A DNA stretch of 48,188 nt from an uncultured Dysosmobacter sp. (GCA_963557435.1 CAUWEK010000001.1:1-48188); one strand, 5' to 3'. Positions 1-9,142 are shown, numbered from the stretch's first letter. The notes: a model not told the origin generated them from the letters alone. Numbers and translations: made by a program.

Positions 1-776
1 ACGCCATGGTGGCCTACAAGCAGAAGAACACCGAGCCGGTGCAGAAGATCACCATCGTCCCCCACACCCAGGGCTCTCTGGGCTACACCCTGCTGATGCC
101 CGAGGAGGACAAGACCGAGCTGCGCACCCGGGACGAGCTGATGGCCAAGATCACCGTGTCCATGGGCGGCCGCGCCGCCGAGGAGGTGGTCATGAACACC
201 ATGACCAACGGCGCCTCCCAGGACATTCAGGACGCCACCAACGTGGCCCGCAACATGGTGGCCATGTTCGGTATGAGCGAGGAGTTCGGCATGATGGCCC
301 TGGCCTCCCGCCGCAACCAGTACCTGGACGGCGGCTACGGCATGGACTGCGCCCAGGACACCGCCGCCCGCATGGACCAGGCGGTCAAGGAGATCCTGGA
401 CCAGTGCTACAAGTCCGCCGTGGAGGTCATCCGGGAAAACCGGGAGGACATGGACAAGGTGGTGGCCTACCTGATGGAAAAGGAAACCATTACCGGCGCG
501 GAGATGGTGGCCATTATCGAGGGCCGGGACCCGGCCACCGTGGAGGACGCCTACGCCTCCACCAAGTCCTCCGAGCAGGGCTTCCGCCCCTCCTCCCCGG
601 AGGTGATCGAGCCCGCCGCCAAGAAGGTGCACATGATCTCCCAGAAGATCGAGGCGCCGGAGGACACTTCCCAGGCACCGGAGGGCCCCGCCGTCCCTGC
701 GGAAGAACCCTCTCAGCCGGAAGATCCCGCCAAGCCGGAATCCTCTGGTGACGGACAGACTCCGCCCCAGCCGTAA
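1..776 (+). CDS. ftsH: ATP-dependent zinc metalloprotease FtsH, C-terminal peptidase M41 part (5'-truncated by window edge)
   Basis: Reads (H)AMVA...KITIVP...GSLGYT...MGGRAAEE...TNGASQDIQDAT..AR.MV..FGMS, all M41 hallmarks; ends in an acidic Pro-rich tail. Confidence 0.95.
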   Translation, partial: AMVAYKQKNTEPVQKITIVPHTQGSLGYTLLMPEEDKTELRTRDELMAKITVSMGGRAAEEVVMNTMTNGASQDIQDATNVARNMVAMFGMSEEFGMMALASRRNQYLDGGYGMDCAQDTAARMDQAVKEILDQCYKSAVEVIRENREDMDKVVAYLMEKETITGAEMVAIIEGRDPATVEDAYASTKSSEQGFRPSSPEVIEPAAKKVHMISQKIEAPEDTSQAPEGPAVPAEEPSQPEDPAKPESSGDGQTPPQP

Positions 777-787
777 ACGAAAACCGC

Positions 788-819
788 AAAACGGCACGCC
801 TCCCGGCGTGCCGTTTTTT
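788..819 (+). terminator. Intrinsic terminator of ftsH
   Basis: AAAACGGCACGCC-TCCC-GGCGTGCCGTTTTTT hairpin with U-tract. Confidence 0.85.
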
Positions 820-842
820 GTAAGAAGAAAGGAGCATCCATC

Positions 843-1367
843 ATGATCCGTCCCGCAACCCAACAAGACCTTGCCCAGGTGAGCGCCATCTACGACGCCA
901 TTTTGGACCAGGAGGCCGCCACCGGCGTGGTGTACACCAACTGGCGCAAAGGAGCTTACCCCACACTGGACACCGCCCGCACCGTCCTGGCGGCAGGCAC
1001 CCTCTATGTAGGCGAGGAAAACGGCCGCCTCTGGGGCGTGGTGAACCTCAACGGCGAGCAGCTGCCGGAGTACGACGCCATCCCCTGGTCCATTCCCGCC
1101 CGGCGGGAACAGGTGGGCGTCATCCACACCCTCTGCATTCATCCCGACCAGGCCGGCAAAGGCCGGGGCCGGGAGATGGTAGCTTTCTGTGAGGCCACCG
1201 CCCGGGCCCAGGGCAAAACCGTCATCCGGCTGGATACCTGGGAGCACAATGTCCCTGCCAACCACCTCTACCCCTCCCTGGGCTATCACTTTGCCGGGGC
1301 CACGGAGTTCTTCTTCCAGGGCTACATCCACGAGATTTTGAACTGCTACGAAAAGTCGCTGGTCTGA
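843..1367 (+). CDS. GNAT-family N-acetyltransferase
   Basis: MIRPAT start; motif A LCIHPDQAGKGRG; motif B N.PA..LY.SLGY; SD AAAGGAG. Confidence 0.9.
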   Translation: MIRPATQQDLAQVSAIYDAILDQEAATGVVYTNWRKGAYPTLDTARTVLAAGTLYVGEENGRLWGVVNLNGEQLPEYDAIPWSIPARREQVGVIHTLCIHPDQAGKGRGREMVAFCEATARAQGKTVIRLDTWEHNVPANHLYPSLGYHFAGATEFFFQGYIHEILNCYEKSLV

Positions 1368-1399
1368 ATCCCTTGCGCCCCAAGGCGTTCCGGGCGCTG

Positions 1400-1436
1400 C
1401 TAACCGTGGGTTGACACCATTCCACCCCCCGGTTGG
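1400..1436. promoter_or_regulatory. Two tandem 15-bp imperfect palindromes, putative XRE operators
   Basis: CTAAC-CGTGG-GTTGA (1400-1414) and CCACC-CCCCG-GTTGG (1422-1436), 22 bp apart, upstream of -10 TATACT (1461-1466). Confidence 0.4.
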
Positions 1437-1490
1437 TGGCGCCCCTGCCCTGCAAGGCGCTATACTCTCCCCAGGAAAGGAGGGCTGCCC

Positions 1491-2804
1491 ATGACCATCG
1501 GACAGCGCATTGCCCTAAAACGAAAAGAGCGGTCCCTCAGCCAGGAGGCCCTGGGGCAGGAGGTGGGCGTGTCCCGCCAGTCCATCTACAAGTGGGAATC
1601 CGACGCGGCGGTGCCGGAGATTGACAAGCTCATTGCCCTCTCCCGCCTGTTCGGCGTATCCGTGGGGTGGCTGCTGGGGGTGGAGGAATCGCCGGAAGCG
1701 GACGGCACAGGTGAAGCAGCATCCCCATCCTCCGCCCCGGAGGAGCTGACGCAGGCCCAGCTGAAGATGGTGGAGAGAATCGTGGAGCGGTATACCGCCG
1801 CACTGCCCAAGCCACCCTCCCCCAGACGCCGCCGCTGGAACCTGCTGGGAATCGCCGCCGGGGCGCTGTGCCTTTTCGCGGTGCTGGTCAGCCTCTTCAG
1901 CCGTCTGGACGGGCTGGACCGGCAGTATAGCGACCTGCAAAATGACCTTGCCCAGGTGGAATCCAGCGTCAACAGCCAGATGGGCTCCGCTACCGGCCGG
2001 ATCGAGGACATTCTCAAAGCCCAGAACAGCCTGACGGCAGATTACAGCGTGGAGCTGGTTCCCACCGCCTCCAGTGCAAAGGAAAACCAGGTGGTATTCT
2101 CCGTCCATGCGGTTCCCAAGTCCTATACGGAAGGCACGGAAATAACATTCTCCGTGGACAATGGCACCGGTGCCACGATTTACACGCCGGGCGCAGCTGC
2201 TCCGGACGGCGGATTCGCCACGACCCTGTCCTGCCAGCTCACCGATTCGATCGCCATCTCCGTCGTCTTTGAAACGCCTGACGGCACCTGCTCTACCCAG
2301 CTCCTGGAGCGCTTTGACGGGCTGTACAGCAGCACAATGCCCGAAGTCCAGATATATGGCGGAGAACAGCTTTTGTGGCAGCAGCCGGACGGAAGCGGGC
2401 GTTTCACCCTCCCGGAACTCATACTTTCGACGTGGCCCGGCAGCACTGCCTCCGCGGTCGATGCGCCCCTGGGCCAATCGGAGATCTCCTCCGTCCAGCT
2501 GGGGCTGTTCCTCAACCGCTGCCTTCTTACCTGGCTGGAGCCCTGTGACGCCCCAGAGGACGAGACCAGCGCCAATGCCCGGTACTTCCGCCTGGACGAG
2601 GGGACCACCCTCACCATGGTGGAGGAGACGGACCAACTGGTCTTTGCCGCCGTGGTGACGGACCAATATGGCCGTCAGGCGGTGTACAGCGACATTCCCT
2701 ATGTCCTCTCGGGCGGGGAGCTGGGCTGGGTCTCCGCCTCGGACACCTCCGATCACGACGTGGCAAAATGGAGCTTGGACCCATACAAAAAAGCGTCCCC
2801 GTAA
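1491..2804 (+). CDS. XRE/HTH_3 regulator with one transmembrane helix, a coiled coil and a large extracytoplasmic domain
   Basis: N-terminal HTH (LSQEALGQEVGVSRQSIYKWESD..P); RRRR followed by hydrophobic TM (WNLLGIAAGALCLFAVLVSLF); heptad segment; SD AAAGGAGG. Confidence 0.85.
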   Translation: MTIGQRIALKRKERSLSQEALGQEVGVSRQSIYKWESDAAVPEIDKLIALSRLFGVSVGWLLGVEESPEADGTGEAASPSSAPEELTQAQLKMVERIVERYTAALPKPPSPRRRRWNLLGIAAGALCLFAVLVSLFSRLDGLDRQYSDLQNDLAQVESSVNSQMGSATGRIEDILKAQNSLTADYSVELVPTASSAKENQVVFSVHAVPKSYTEGTEITFSVDNGTGATIYTPGAAAPDGGFATTLSCQLTDSIAISVVFETPDGTCSTQLLERFDGLYSSTMPEVQIYGGEQLLWQQPDGSGRFTLPELILSTWPGSTASAVDAPLGQSEISSVQLGLFLNRCLLTWLEPCDAPEDETSANARYFRLDEGTTLTMVEETDQLVFAAVVTDQYGRQAVYSDIPYVLSGGELGWVSASDTSDHDVAKWSLDPYKKASP

Positions 2805-2821
2805 AACGGGGACGCTTTTTT
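2787..2821. terminator. Bidirectional terminator overlapping both convergent gene ends
   Basis: AAAAAAGCGTCCCCG-TAAAA-CGGGGACGCTTTTTT. Confidence 0.85.
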
Positions 2822-3693
2822 TACTGATTGTTGGCGGAAAACACATCGGCCACCTCGCTGATGGCGATGTAGGCGCCCGGGTCGATCTCGTGGACCAGGT
2901 CCTTCATCTTCGTCACCTGGAAGCGGTTGACGATAAAGTAGACCATGGTCTTGGGGGCGTTGGAGTAGCCGCCCCGGGCCTCCATGCGGGTCACGCCGCA
3001 CTCGAAGGCCTCGGAGAGCTCCCGGCAGATGGCGTCGGGCTCCACCGTGATGATCATGGCGCACTTGGCCCGGTCCAGGCCGTCGACGATGAAATCCACG
3101 GTCTTGAGGGCCGCCGCGTAGGTGACGATGGAATAGAGGGGCAAAATCCAGTTTTGCAGCACGATGCCGCAGATGATATAGAGCACCACATTGTAGATCA
3201 TCACGAAGGTGCCCACCGTCACCCCCAGGCGCTTGGCAAAGATGACCGCCATGACTTCGATGCCGTCCATGGCGCCGCCGAAGCGGATGGCCATACCGCT
3301 GCCCACACCGGAGATCAGTCCGCCGAAGAGGGCACACAGCAGCAGGTCCTGTCCCGCCAGGGGCGAGGCAAAGCTCACGTCCACCGGCAGCACATCGGTG
3401 ATGAGCCACGCCGTCAGGGAGTAGATGCAAACGGTGTAGATGGCGTAGAGGGTAAAAAGAAGCCCCTGCTTTTTCAAGCCGTACAAAAACAGCGGAATAT
3501 TCAGCACCAGCAAAAAGACAGACAATGTCATCCACTCCGGCGTCACCTGGGCCAAAAGCATGGACGTGCCGGAGATGCCGCTGTCGTAGAGCTTCACCGG
3601 GGCGAGGAAAATGGTCACGCCCACGGCGTTGATGATGCCCGCCGCCGTCAGGGCGAGCAGATTGGTCAGACGAATTTTTTTCAGCTTGGACAT
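2821..3693 (-). CDS. YitT family membrane protein (DUF2179 C-terminus)
   Basis: SGISG, LNIPLF, GGAMDG repeats; C-terminal GVT...ARGGYS...IDPGAYI; ATG at 3693 behind SD AAGAGGTG. Confidence 0.9.
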   Translation of the reverse strand: MSKLKKIRLTNLLALTAAGIINAVGVTIFLAPVKLYDSGISGTSMLLAQVTPEWMTLSVFLLVLNIPLFLYGLKKQGLLFTLYAIYTVCIYSLTAWLITDVLPVDVSFASPLAGQDLLLCALFGGLISGVGSGMAIRFGGAMDGIEVMAVIFAKRLGVTVGTFVMIYNVVLYIICGIVLQNWILPLYSIVTYAAALKTVDFIVDGLDRAKCAMIITVEPDAICRELSEAFECGVTRMEARGGYSNAPKTMVYFIVNRFQVTKMKDLVHEIDPGAYIAISEVADVFSANNQ

Positions 3694-3727
3694 ACCCACC
3701 TCTTTTCCTGTCGAACAGGCGGCGTGC

Positions 3728-5641
3728 TCAGGAGAGCTCCGCCTGTCCGGTGTACAGTTGATAATAGCGGCCCTTCTGGGCGATCAGGTCGTCGTGGTCG
3801 CCCCGCTCGATGATGCTGCCCTGCTCCAGCACCATGATGGCCTTGGCGTTGCGGACAGTGGACAGGCGATGGGCGATGACGAACACGGTACGTCCGGCCA
3901 TGAGCCGGTCCATACCCTTTTCAATGATCTTTTCCGTGCGGGTATCGATGGAGCTGGTGGCCTCATCCAGAATGAGCACCGGCGGATTGGCACACGCCGC
4001 CCGGGCGATGTTCAAAAGCTGGCGCTCGCCCTGGCTGAGGTTGCCGCCGTCGCCGGAGAGGACCGTGTCGTATCCGTGAGGCAGATGGCGAATGAAGGTA
4101 TCCGCGCCGGCCAGGCGGGCTGCCGCCTCCACCTCCTCGTCGGTGGCGTCCAGGCGGCCGTAGCGGATATTGTCGGCCACGGTGCCGGTAAAGAGGTGCG
4201 TATCCTGGAGCACCACGCCCAAAGAGCGGCGCAGGGAGTCCTTTTCAATGTCCCGCACGTCGATGCCGTCGTAGGTGATGGTGCCGGACTGGATCTCGTA
4301 GAAGCGGTTGATGAGGCTGGTGATGGTGGTCTTGCCGGCGCCGGTGGAGCCCACGAAGGCGATCTTCTGGCCCGGCTTTGCGTACAGGGAGATATCGTGG
4401 AGGATGGTCTTGCGGGGATCGTAGCCGAATACCACATGGTCGAACCGCACATCGCCCCGCAGAGGCACCAGGGTGCCGTCGGGCTTTTTCCAGGCCCACT
4501 CGCCGGTATCGTAGCTGGCTTCCTGCAGCGCGCCGCTGCGATCCTCCGTGACCCGCACCAGCTTGACCTTGCCCTCGTCCACCTCGGGCTCCGTCTCCAT
4601 GACCTCGAACACCCGCTCGGCGCCGGCCACGGCCGCCAGGATGGTGTTGACCTGCTGGGAGATCTGGGTGATGGGCTGGCTCACCTGCCGGGTGTACTGC
4701 AAAAATGCGCCCAGGTCGCCCAGGCCGAACGTGCTGCCGCCAATGGCCATCATGGCGCCCACGCAGCAGGTGATGGCATAGTTGATATAGCTGAGGTTAC
4801 CCATGGCGGGCATCATGGCGCCGGCGTAAGCCTGGGCACGGGTGGCGGCCTGCCGGTAGTTTTCATTGAGTCCGGCAAAGCCGGCCACGGCTGCCTCCTC
4901 GTGGTTGAAGACCTTGATGACCTTCTGGCCCTCGATCATCTCTTCGATATAGCCGTTCACAGCGCCGATGGCCGCCTGCTGGCTGGCAAAGTACCGGCGG
5001 GAACGTCCGCCGATCACCTTCACCACGCCCAGCATCACCACCAGCATGATAAAGGTGATGAGCGTCAGCGTGGGGCTCAGGACGATCATCATGGCGATGG
5101 TGCCCACAAAGTTGAGCGTGCAGGAAATGAGGCTTCCGAAGCTGTTGTTCAGCGCCTCGGACACCGTCTCGATATCGTTGGTATAGCGGCTCATGAGCTC
5201 GCCGTGGGTATGGGTGTCGAAGTACTTGAGTGGCAGGGACTGCATGCGGTCGAACAGGTCGCTGCGGATCTTGGCCACCGTGTTCTGGGACACGTGGACC
5301 ATGATCCGGGCGTAGCCGAAGGAGCAGACCGCGCCCACCACATACACACAGCCCATGAACGCCAGCATTTTGGCAAGGCCCGGGAAGTCGCCGGGCAGGA
5401 TATAGTCGTTGATGAGGGGCTTGATGAGGTAGGACCCGCCCACGGTGCACGCGGAGCTGATGACCAGCAGCACCGCCACCAGGCACAGCGCCGCCTTGTA
5501 GCGGCCCAGATAGCGCATGAGCTTTGCCAGGGTGCCCTTGAGATCCTTGGGCTTTTGATAGCCGTGGCGGCCGGGACCGCCGCCGGGCCCATGCCCCGCT
5601 CCGCCGGGACGCTGTACGGAAATCGGTTTTTTCTCAGCCAC
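3728..5641 (-). CDS. Heterodimeric ABC exporter subunit with consensus NBD (TM288-like)
   Basis: TMD plus NBD; Walker A GSTGAGKTT, signature LSQGERQ, Walker B ILDEATS, H-switch IAHR. Confidence 0.93.
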   Translation of the reverse strand: MAEKKPISVQRPGGAGHGPGGGPGRHGYQKPKDLKGTLAKLMRYLGRYKAALCLVAVLLVISSACTVGGSYLIKPLINDYILPGDFPGLAKMLAFMGCVYVVGAVCSFGYARIMVHVSQNTVAKIRSDLFDRMQSLPLKYFDTHTHGELMSRYTNDIETVSEALNNSFGSLISCTLNFVGTIAMMIVLSPTLTLITFIMLVVMLGVVKVIGGRSRRYFASQQAAIGAVNGYIEEMIEGQKVIKVFNHEEAAVAGFAGLNENYRQAATRAQAYAGAMMPAMGNLSYINYAITCCVGAMMAIGGSTFGLGDLGAFLQYTRQVSQPITQISQQVNTILAAVAGAERVFEVMETEPEVDEGKVKLVRVTEDRSGALQEASYDTGEWAWKKPDGTLVPLRGDVRFDHVVFGYDPRKTILHDISLYAKPGQKIAFVGSTGAGKTTITSLINRFYEIQSGTITYDGIDVRDIEKDSLRRSLGVVLQDTHLFTGTVADNIRYGRLDATDEEVEAAARLAGADTFIRHLPHGYDTVLSGDGGNLSQGERQLLNIARAACANPPVLILDEATSSIDTRTEKIIEKGMDRLMAGRTVFVIAHRLSTVRNAKAIMVLEQGSIIERGDHDDLIAQKGRYYQLYTGQAELS

Positions 5642-7397
5642 CGATGCTCACTCCTTCCTGCTGTGCCGTATAGACCTCGCGATAGATCTCGCTGTTTTTC
5701 ATCAGTTCTTCATGGGTGCCCTGGGCCACCACACGGCCCCCGTCCATGACCAGAATGAGATCCGCCTGGCAGATGGAGCTCACCCGCTGGGCAATGATGA
5801 TCTTGGTGGTGTCCCCCAACTCCGTGGCAAAGGCCTGGCGGATCTTGGCGTCTGTGGCCGTGTCCACGGCGCTGGTGGAGTCATCCAGGATCAGCACGCG
5901 GGGCTGCTTCAAAATGGCACGGGCGATGCACAGCCGCTGCTTCTGGCCGCCGGAGACATTGACGCCGCCCTGTCCCAGGTCGGTGTCCAGCCCGTCGGGC
6001 ATGCGCTCCAGGAACTCATCGGCGCAGGCACTGCGGCAGGCTTCCCAGAGCTGTTCGTCCGTGGCGTTGGGATTGCCCCAGAGGAGATTTTCCCGGATGG
6101 TGCCGGAAAAAAGGGTGTTCTTTTGCAGCACCACGCTCACCGCGTCCCGCAGATGCTCCATGGTGTAGTCCTTTACAGGGCGGCCGCCCACGCGTACCGT
6201 GCCCTCCGTGGCCTCATACAGCCGGGGGATCAGGGACACCAGCGTGGTCTTGGCGCTGCCGGTGCCGCCCAGAATGCCCACGGTCTGGCCGGAGCGGATG
6301 TGCAGGTCCACATCCCGCAAGATCCACTCGGGGCTGCTGCGGTCATACTTAAAGGATACATGGTCAAAGTCGATGCTGCCGTCCCGAACGGTGGCGGGGA
6401 CCGCCTTGCCGTTCTCGTCCTGCTCCGTGACCGCCGCCTCGTTGGTGATGGCGGGCACCTCCTGCAGCACCTCCACGATCCGCTTGGCGCAGGCCACAGA
6501 CCGGGTCATCATCATGAACATCATGGAAACCATCATCAGCGAGATCATGATCTGGGTGATATAGGTGAAGTAGGTCAGAAGCTTGCCGGCTTCCAGGGTG
6601 CCGGCGTAGACCATCTGGCCGCCGAACCACATGACGGCGATGATGGTGCCGTAGATGATGAGCATCATCACCGGCATATTGATGACCACCATGCCGAAGG
6701 CCTTCTGAGAGGTGGCACGCAGGTCGTTGTTGCGCTTGGCGAACTTCTCCCGCTCATAGTCCTCCTGGACGAAGGACTTCACCACCCGGATGCCCGTCAG
6801 GTTCTCCTGCACCACCAGGTTCAGCGCGTCGGTCTTTTCCTGGAGGGAGCGGAACAGGGGGCTGGCCTTGGTCAAAATGAGGGCCACCACCACGATCAAA
6901 AGGGGCAGCGCCACCAGGAAGACGTTGCTGAGCTGATAGCTGATGCGGATGGACAAAAACAATGCCGCCACCAGCATCACCGGGGCGCGCACCAGAAGGC
7001 GCATGCCCATCATCAGCGTCATCTGCATGTTGTTGACGTCGTTGGTCAGGCGGGTCACGAGAGAGGCCGTGGAAAACTTCTCGATGTTGGAAAAGGCAAA
7101 CTCCTGGATATGGCCGTACTGGGCGGCGCGCAGATTGGCGCCGAAGCCCTGGCCGGCAATGGCGGAGCAGGCCGCGCCGCCCAGGCCGAAGCACAGCGAC
7201 ACCATGGCCATGATCACCATCTGGATGCCCTTCCGGGTCACATAGGACTGATCGGCATTTGCGATGCCGATGTCCACGATATCGCTCATCACCAGGGGGA
7301 TGAGCAGCTCAAAGATGGCCTCCATGGCGCTGCACGCAACGCCCAGGACGATCCACCGGCTGTATGGCCGCAGATGCGGCCAAAGTGTTTTTCTCAT
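5634..7397 (-). CDS. Heterodimeric ABC exporter subunit with degenerate NBD (TM287-like)
   Basis: Start MRKTLWPHL overlaps the marR stop (ATGA); Walker A GGTGSAKT, VSGGQKQ, ILDDSTS (E to D), IAQR (H to Q). Confidence 0.93.
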   Translation of the reverse strand: MRKTLWPHLRPYSRWIVLGVACSAMEAIFELLIPLVMSDIVDIGIANADQSYVTRKGIQMVIMAMVSLCFGLGGAACSAIAGQGFGANLRAAQYGHIQEFAFSNIEKFSTASLVTRLTNDVNNMQMTLMMGMRLLVRAPVMLVAALFLSIRISYQLSNVFLVALPLLIVVVALILTKASPLFRSLQEKTDALNLVVQENLTGIRVVKSFVQEDYEREKFAKRNNDLRATSQKAFGMVVINMPVMMLIIYGTIIAVMWFGGQMVYAGTLEAGKLLTYFTYITQIMISLMMVSMMFMMMTRSVACAKRIVEVLQEVPAITNEAAVTEQDENGKAVPATVRDGSIDFDHVSFKYDRSSPEWILRDVDLHIRSGQTVGILGGTGSAKTTLVSLIPRLYEATEGTVRVGGRPVKDYTMEHLRDAVSVVLQKNTLFSGTIRENLLWGNPNATDEQLWEACRSACADEFLERMPDGLDTDLGQGGVNVSGGQKQRLCIARAILKQPRVLILDDSTSAVDTATDAKIRQAFATELGDTTKIIIAQRVSSICQADLILVMDGGRVVAQGTHEELMKNSEIYREVYTAQQEGVSIGG

Positions 7398-7831
7398 GTG
7401 ATCTGATCCTCCTCCAGATTTTGTATGATGCGCCCCAGCAGGGAGCGGAACGTCTCCACTTCCTCCGGGGTCAAGCCCCGCAGCATGCACTCCTCCGCCG
7501 CCCGAAAGTTCTTGCGGAACAGGGCCTGCTGTTCTCTTCCCTTGTCTGTGAGGGTAATGAAGCGGCGGCGTGCGTCCGCGCCGCTGACGCTGCGCTCCAC
7601 CATTCCCTTTTCCTCCAGCCGGTCCAAAATCCCGTTGGCCGTGGACGGCTTCACCTTTAAAAACGCGGTCAGCTGACACTGAGGTGCCTGCCCGCCGTGG
7701 TGGGCCAGGTACAGCAGCACGTGGGTCTGCACCGGCGTTACGTCGTACTGACTCAGTCGTGCCTCCAGTCTGCTCCTTGCCAGTTGGACTGCATGCCCCA
7801 TCTGTGGCGCCAGCGCGTTGATCTGCTGCAT
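7394..7831 (-). CDS. MarR-family transcriptional regulator
   Basis: VTPVQTHVL..., ILDRLEEKGMVER...DARRRFITLTDKG winged helix; SD GGGAGG. Confidence 0.92.
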   Translation of the reverse strand: MQQINALAPQMGHAVQLARSRLEARLSQYDVTPVQTHVLLYLAHHGGQAPQCQLTAFLKVKPSTANGILDRLEEKGMVERSVSGADARRRFITLTDKGREQQALFRKNFRAAEECMLRGLTPEEVETFRSLLGRIIQNLEEDQIT

Positions 7832-7848
7832 GACGCACCTCCCGTTTC

Positions 7849-7880
7849 ATTTAGCCTGCTAAATATTAGCATGCTAAATA
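7849..7880. promoter_or_regulatory. Tandem palindromic MarR operators
   Basis: ATTTAGC-CT-GCTAAAT followed by ATTAGC-AT-GCTAAAT, overlapping the -10/TSS of the marR promoter. Confidence 0.75.
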
Positions 7881-7906
7881 CTACCATGGAGCCGGAGAAA
7901 ATGCAA
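7878..7906 (-). promoter_or_regulatory. SigA promoter of marR-ABC operon
   Basis: TTGCAT-17 bp-TAGTAT on the minus strand. Confidence 0.6.
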
Positions 7907-8000
7907 TGTTCATATTGCCAATATTTTTGAACAGTTTATGAATGAAATTCCGGAAAAACGCATGGGTTGTAAACAAATTGTGAAGCTTATCCCGGACCTG

Positions 8001-8029
8001 TTGACTTTCGCTTCCGGTGTGGGTATCAT
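8001..8029 (+). promoter_or_regulatory. SigA promoter of candidate sRNA
   Basis: TTGACT-17 bp-TATCAT; direct repeat TGTAAA-N5-TGTGAA upstream at 7968-7984. Confidence 0.7.
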
Positions 8030-8035
8030 GAACTC

Positions 8036-8139
8036 ATCAAGCACAGATGCTTGTGATCCAGGCAACATTTTCCCTCTCCTTTCTCTATATCATACAGGAA
8101 AGCGGGCAGCCGTTGGGCTGCCCGCTTTCCTGTTTTTTT
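8036..8139 (+). ncRNA. Candidate small regulatory RNA (~105 nt) with anti-Shine-Dalgarno loop
   Basis: Own promoter; 5' hairpin CAAGCA-CAGA-TGCTTG; CU-rich stretch CAACATTTTCCCTCTCCTTTCTCT; perfect 18-bp terminator stem 8094-8133 with T-tract; no SD-preceded ORF on this strand. Confidence 0.65.
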
Positions 8140-8173
8140 GCCCTGGACGATGCATCTGCATCTCACCTGTATT

Positions 8174-8226
8174 TTATTGAAAAACGATAAAAAAAGATTG
8201 ACTTTCGATATGCTCCGTGCTACGAT
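8174..8226 (+). promoter_or_regulatory. Promoter and putative Cro/XRE operator of the DUF2975 operon
   Basis: TTATTG-AAAAA-CGATAA imperfect palindrome (8174-8190); TTGACT-17 bp-TACGAT (8198-8226). Confidence 0.6.
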
Positions 8227-8250
8227 GCCCATAGTAAAGGAGGAATGTCC

Positions 8251-8847
8251 ATGGAATCTTCCCGTATCTATAAAATTGCCCGGATACTCAACGCCCTGGT
8301 CCTGGTCGCCCTGGTGTGCAACATCGTCATTTTATATCTGGTCCCCGTGGCGGTGGTGTCCCTGGAGCTGTCGGACGGGTACGGTCTTCTGGCAGGCGTG
8401 GCGGCCTATCTGGGGGACTTCTTCCGCCCCGGTCAAAACGATGTCCTGACCGCCGGCGCCGCCGCCAGCTTTCTTGCCTGGTTTTGGTGCTGGAAGAGCC
8501 CCAAGGCATTGATGCTGACGCTGTTTCTGGTGGTTTCCGGCATCTGCACGGCTGTCATCCTCTGGCAGGGACGGCGGGTGCTGCGGACTATCCTGCGGGG
8601 CACCCCCTTCTCGGCGGAAAACGCCGTCTCATTGCGCCGGGCAGCGATCTGCTGCTTTGTGATCGCCGGAGCGGCGGCGGTACGGGTCGGGTGGAGCATC
8701 TGGTTTTTCCGTTCTCTCTTCCCTCTGGTCACTTATAATGCCCTCTTCGTCCCCATCTTTGCCATGGCGGGGCTTTTGTGCCTGGTCATGTCGGCTCTGT
8801 TCCGTCAGGCCGCCGAAATGAAGGCGGAGAACGACCTGACGATCTAA
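8251..8847 (+). CDS. DUF2975 (YoaS-like) membrane protein
   Basis: About 4 TM helices; G.PFS.EN..SLR and C-terminal LFRQAAEMKAENDLTI signature; SD AAGGAGG. Confidence 0.85.
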   Translation: MESSRIYKIARILNALVLVALVCNIVILYLVPVAVVSLELSDGYGLLAGVAAYLGDFFRPGQNDVLTAGAAASFLAWFWCWKSPKALMLTLFLVVSGICTAVILWQGRRVLRTILRGTPFSAENAVSLRRAAICCFVIAGAAAVRVGWSIWFFRSLFPLVTYNALFVPIFAMAGLLCLVMSALFRQAAEMKAENDLTI

Positions 8848-8858
8848 GGAGGGTCTGC

Positions 8859-9077
8859 ATGGCGATCGTGGTGAATCTGGACGTGATGCTGGCCCGGCGG
8901 AAGATGACCCTCTCCCAGCTTTCGGAGAAAGTGGACATCACCCTGGCCAATCTCTCCATCCTGAAAAACAGCAAGGCAAAAGCCATCCGCTTTTCCACCC
9001 TGGAGGCCATCTGTGACGCGCTGGAGTGCCAGCCCGGGGATCTGTTGGAATATGTACCGGACGAGAAAGCCCCCTGA
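8859..9077 (+). CDS. YozG-like Cro/C1 HTH regulator
   Basis: MAIVVNLDVMLARRKMTL...ITLANLSILK..KAKAIRFSTL.AIC.AL.CQPGDLLEY is the YozG/HTH_26 pattern; usual partner of DUF2975. Confidence 0.92.
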   Translation: MAIVVNLDVMLARRKMTLSQLSEKVDITLANLSILKNSKAKAIRFSTLEAICDALECQPGDLLEYVPDEKAP

Positions 9078-9142
9078 GAGCCGGTCCCGTAAACGTGCCG
9101 CTGTCCTTATTTGACGGACAGCTTTGAAAAGGAGAATTGCAT

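Noticed and set aside
7398-7850. N-terminal extension of the 738-aa ABC ORF
   Set aside because: Overlaps marR in another frame; the real start is the ATG at 7397 coupled to the marR stop
7967-7984. Rex operator
   Set aside because: The sequence is a direct repeat, not the TTGTGAA-N4-TTCACAA palindrome
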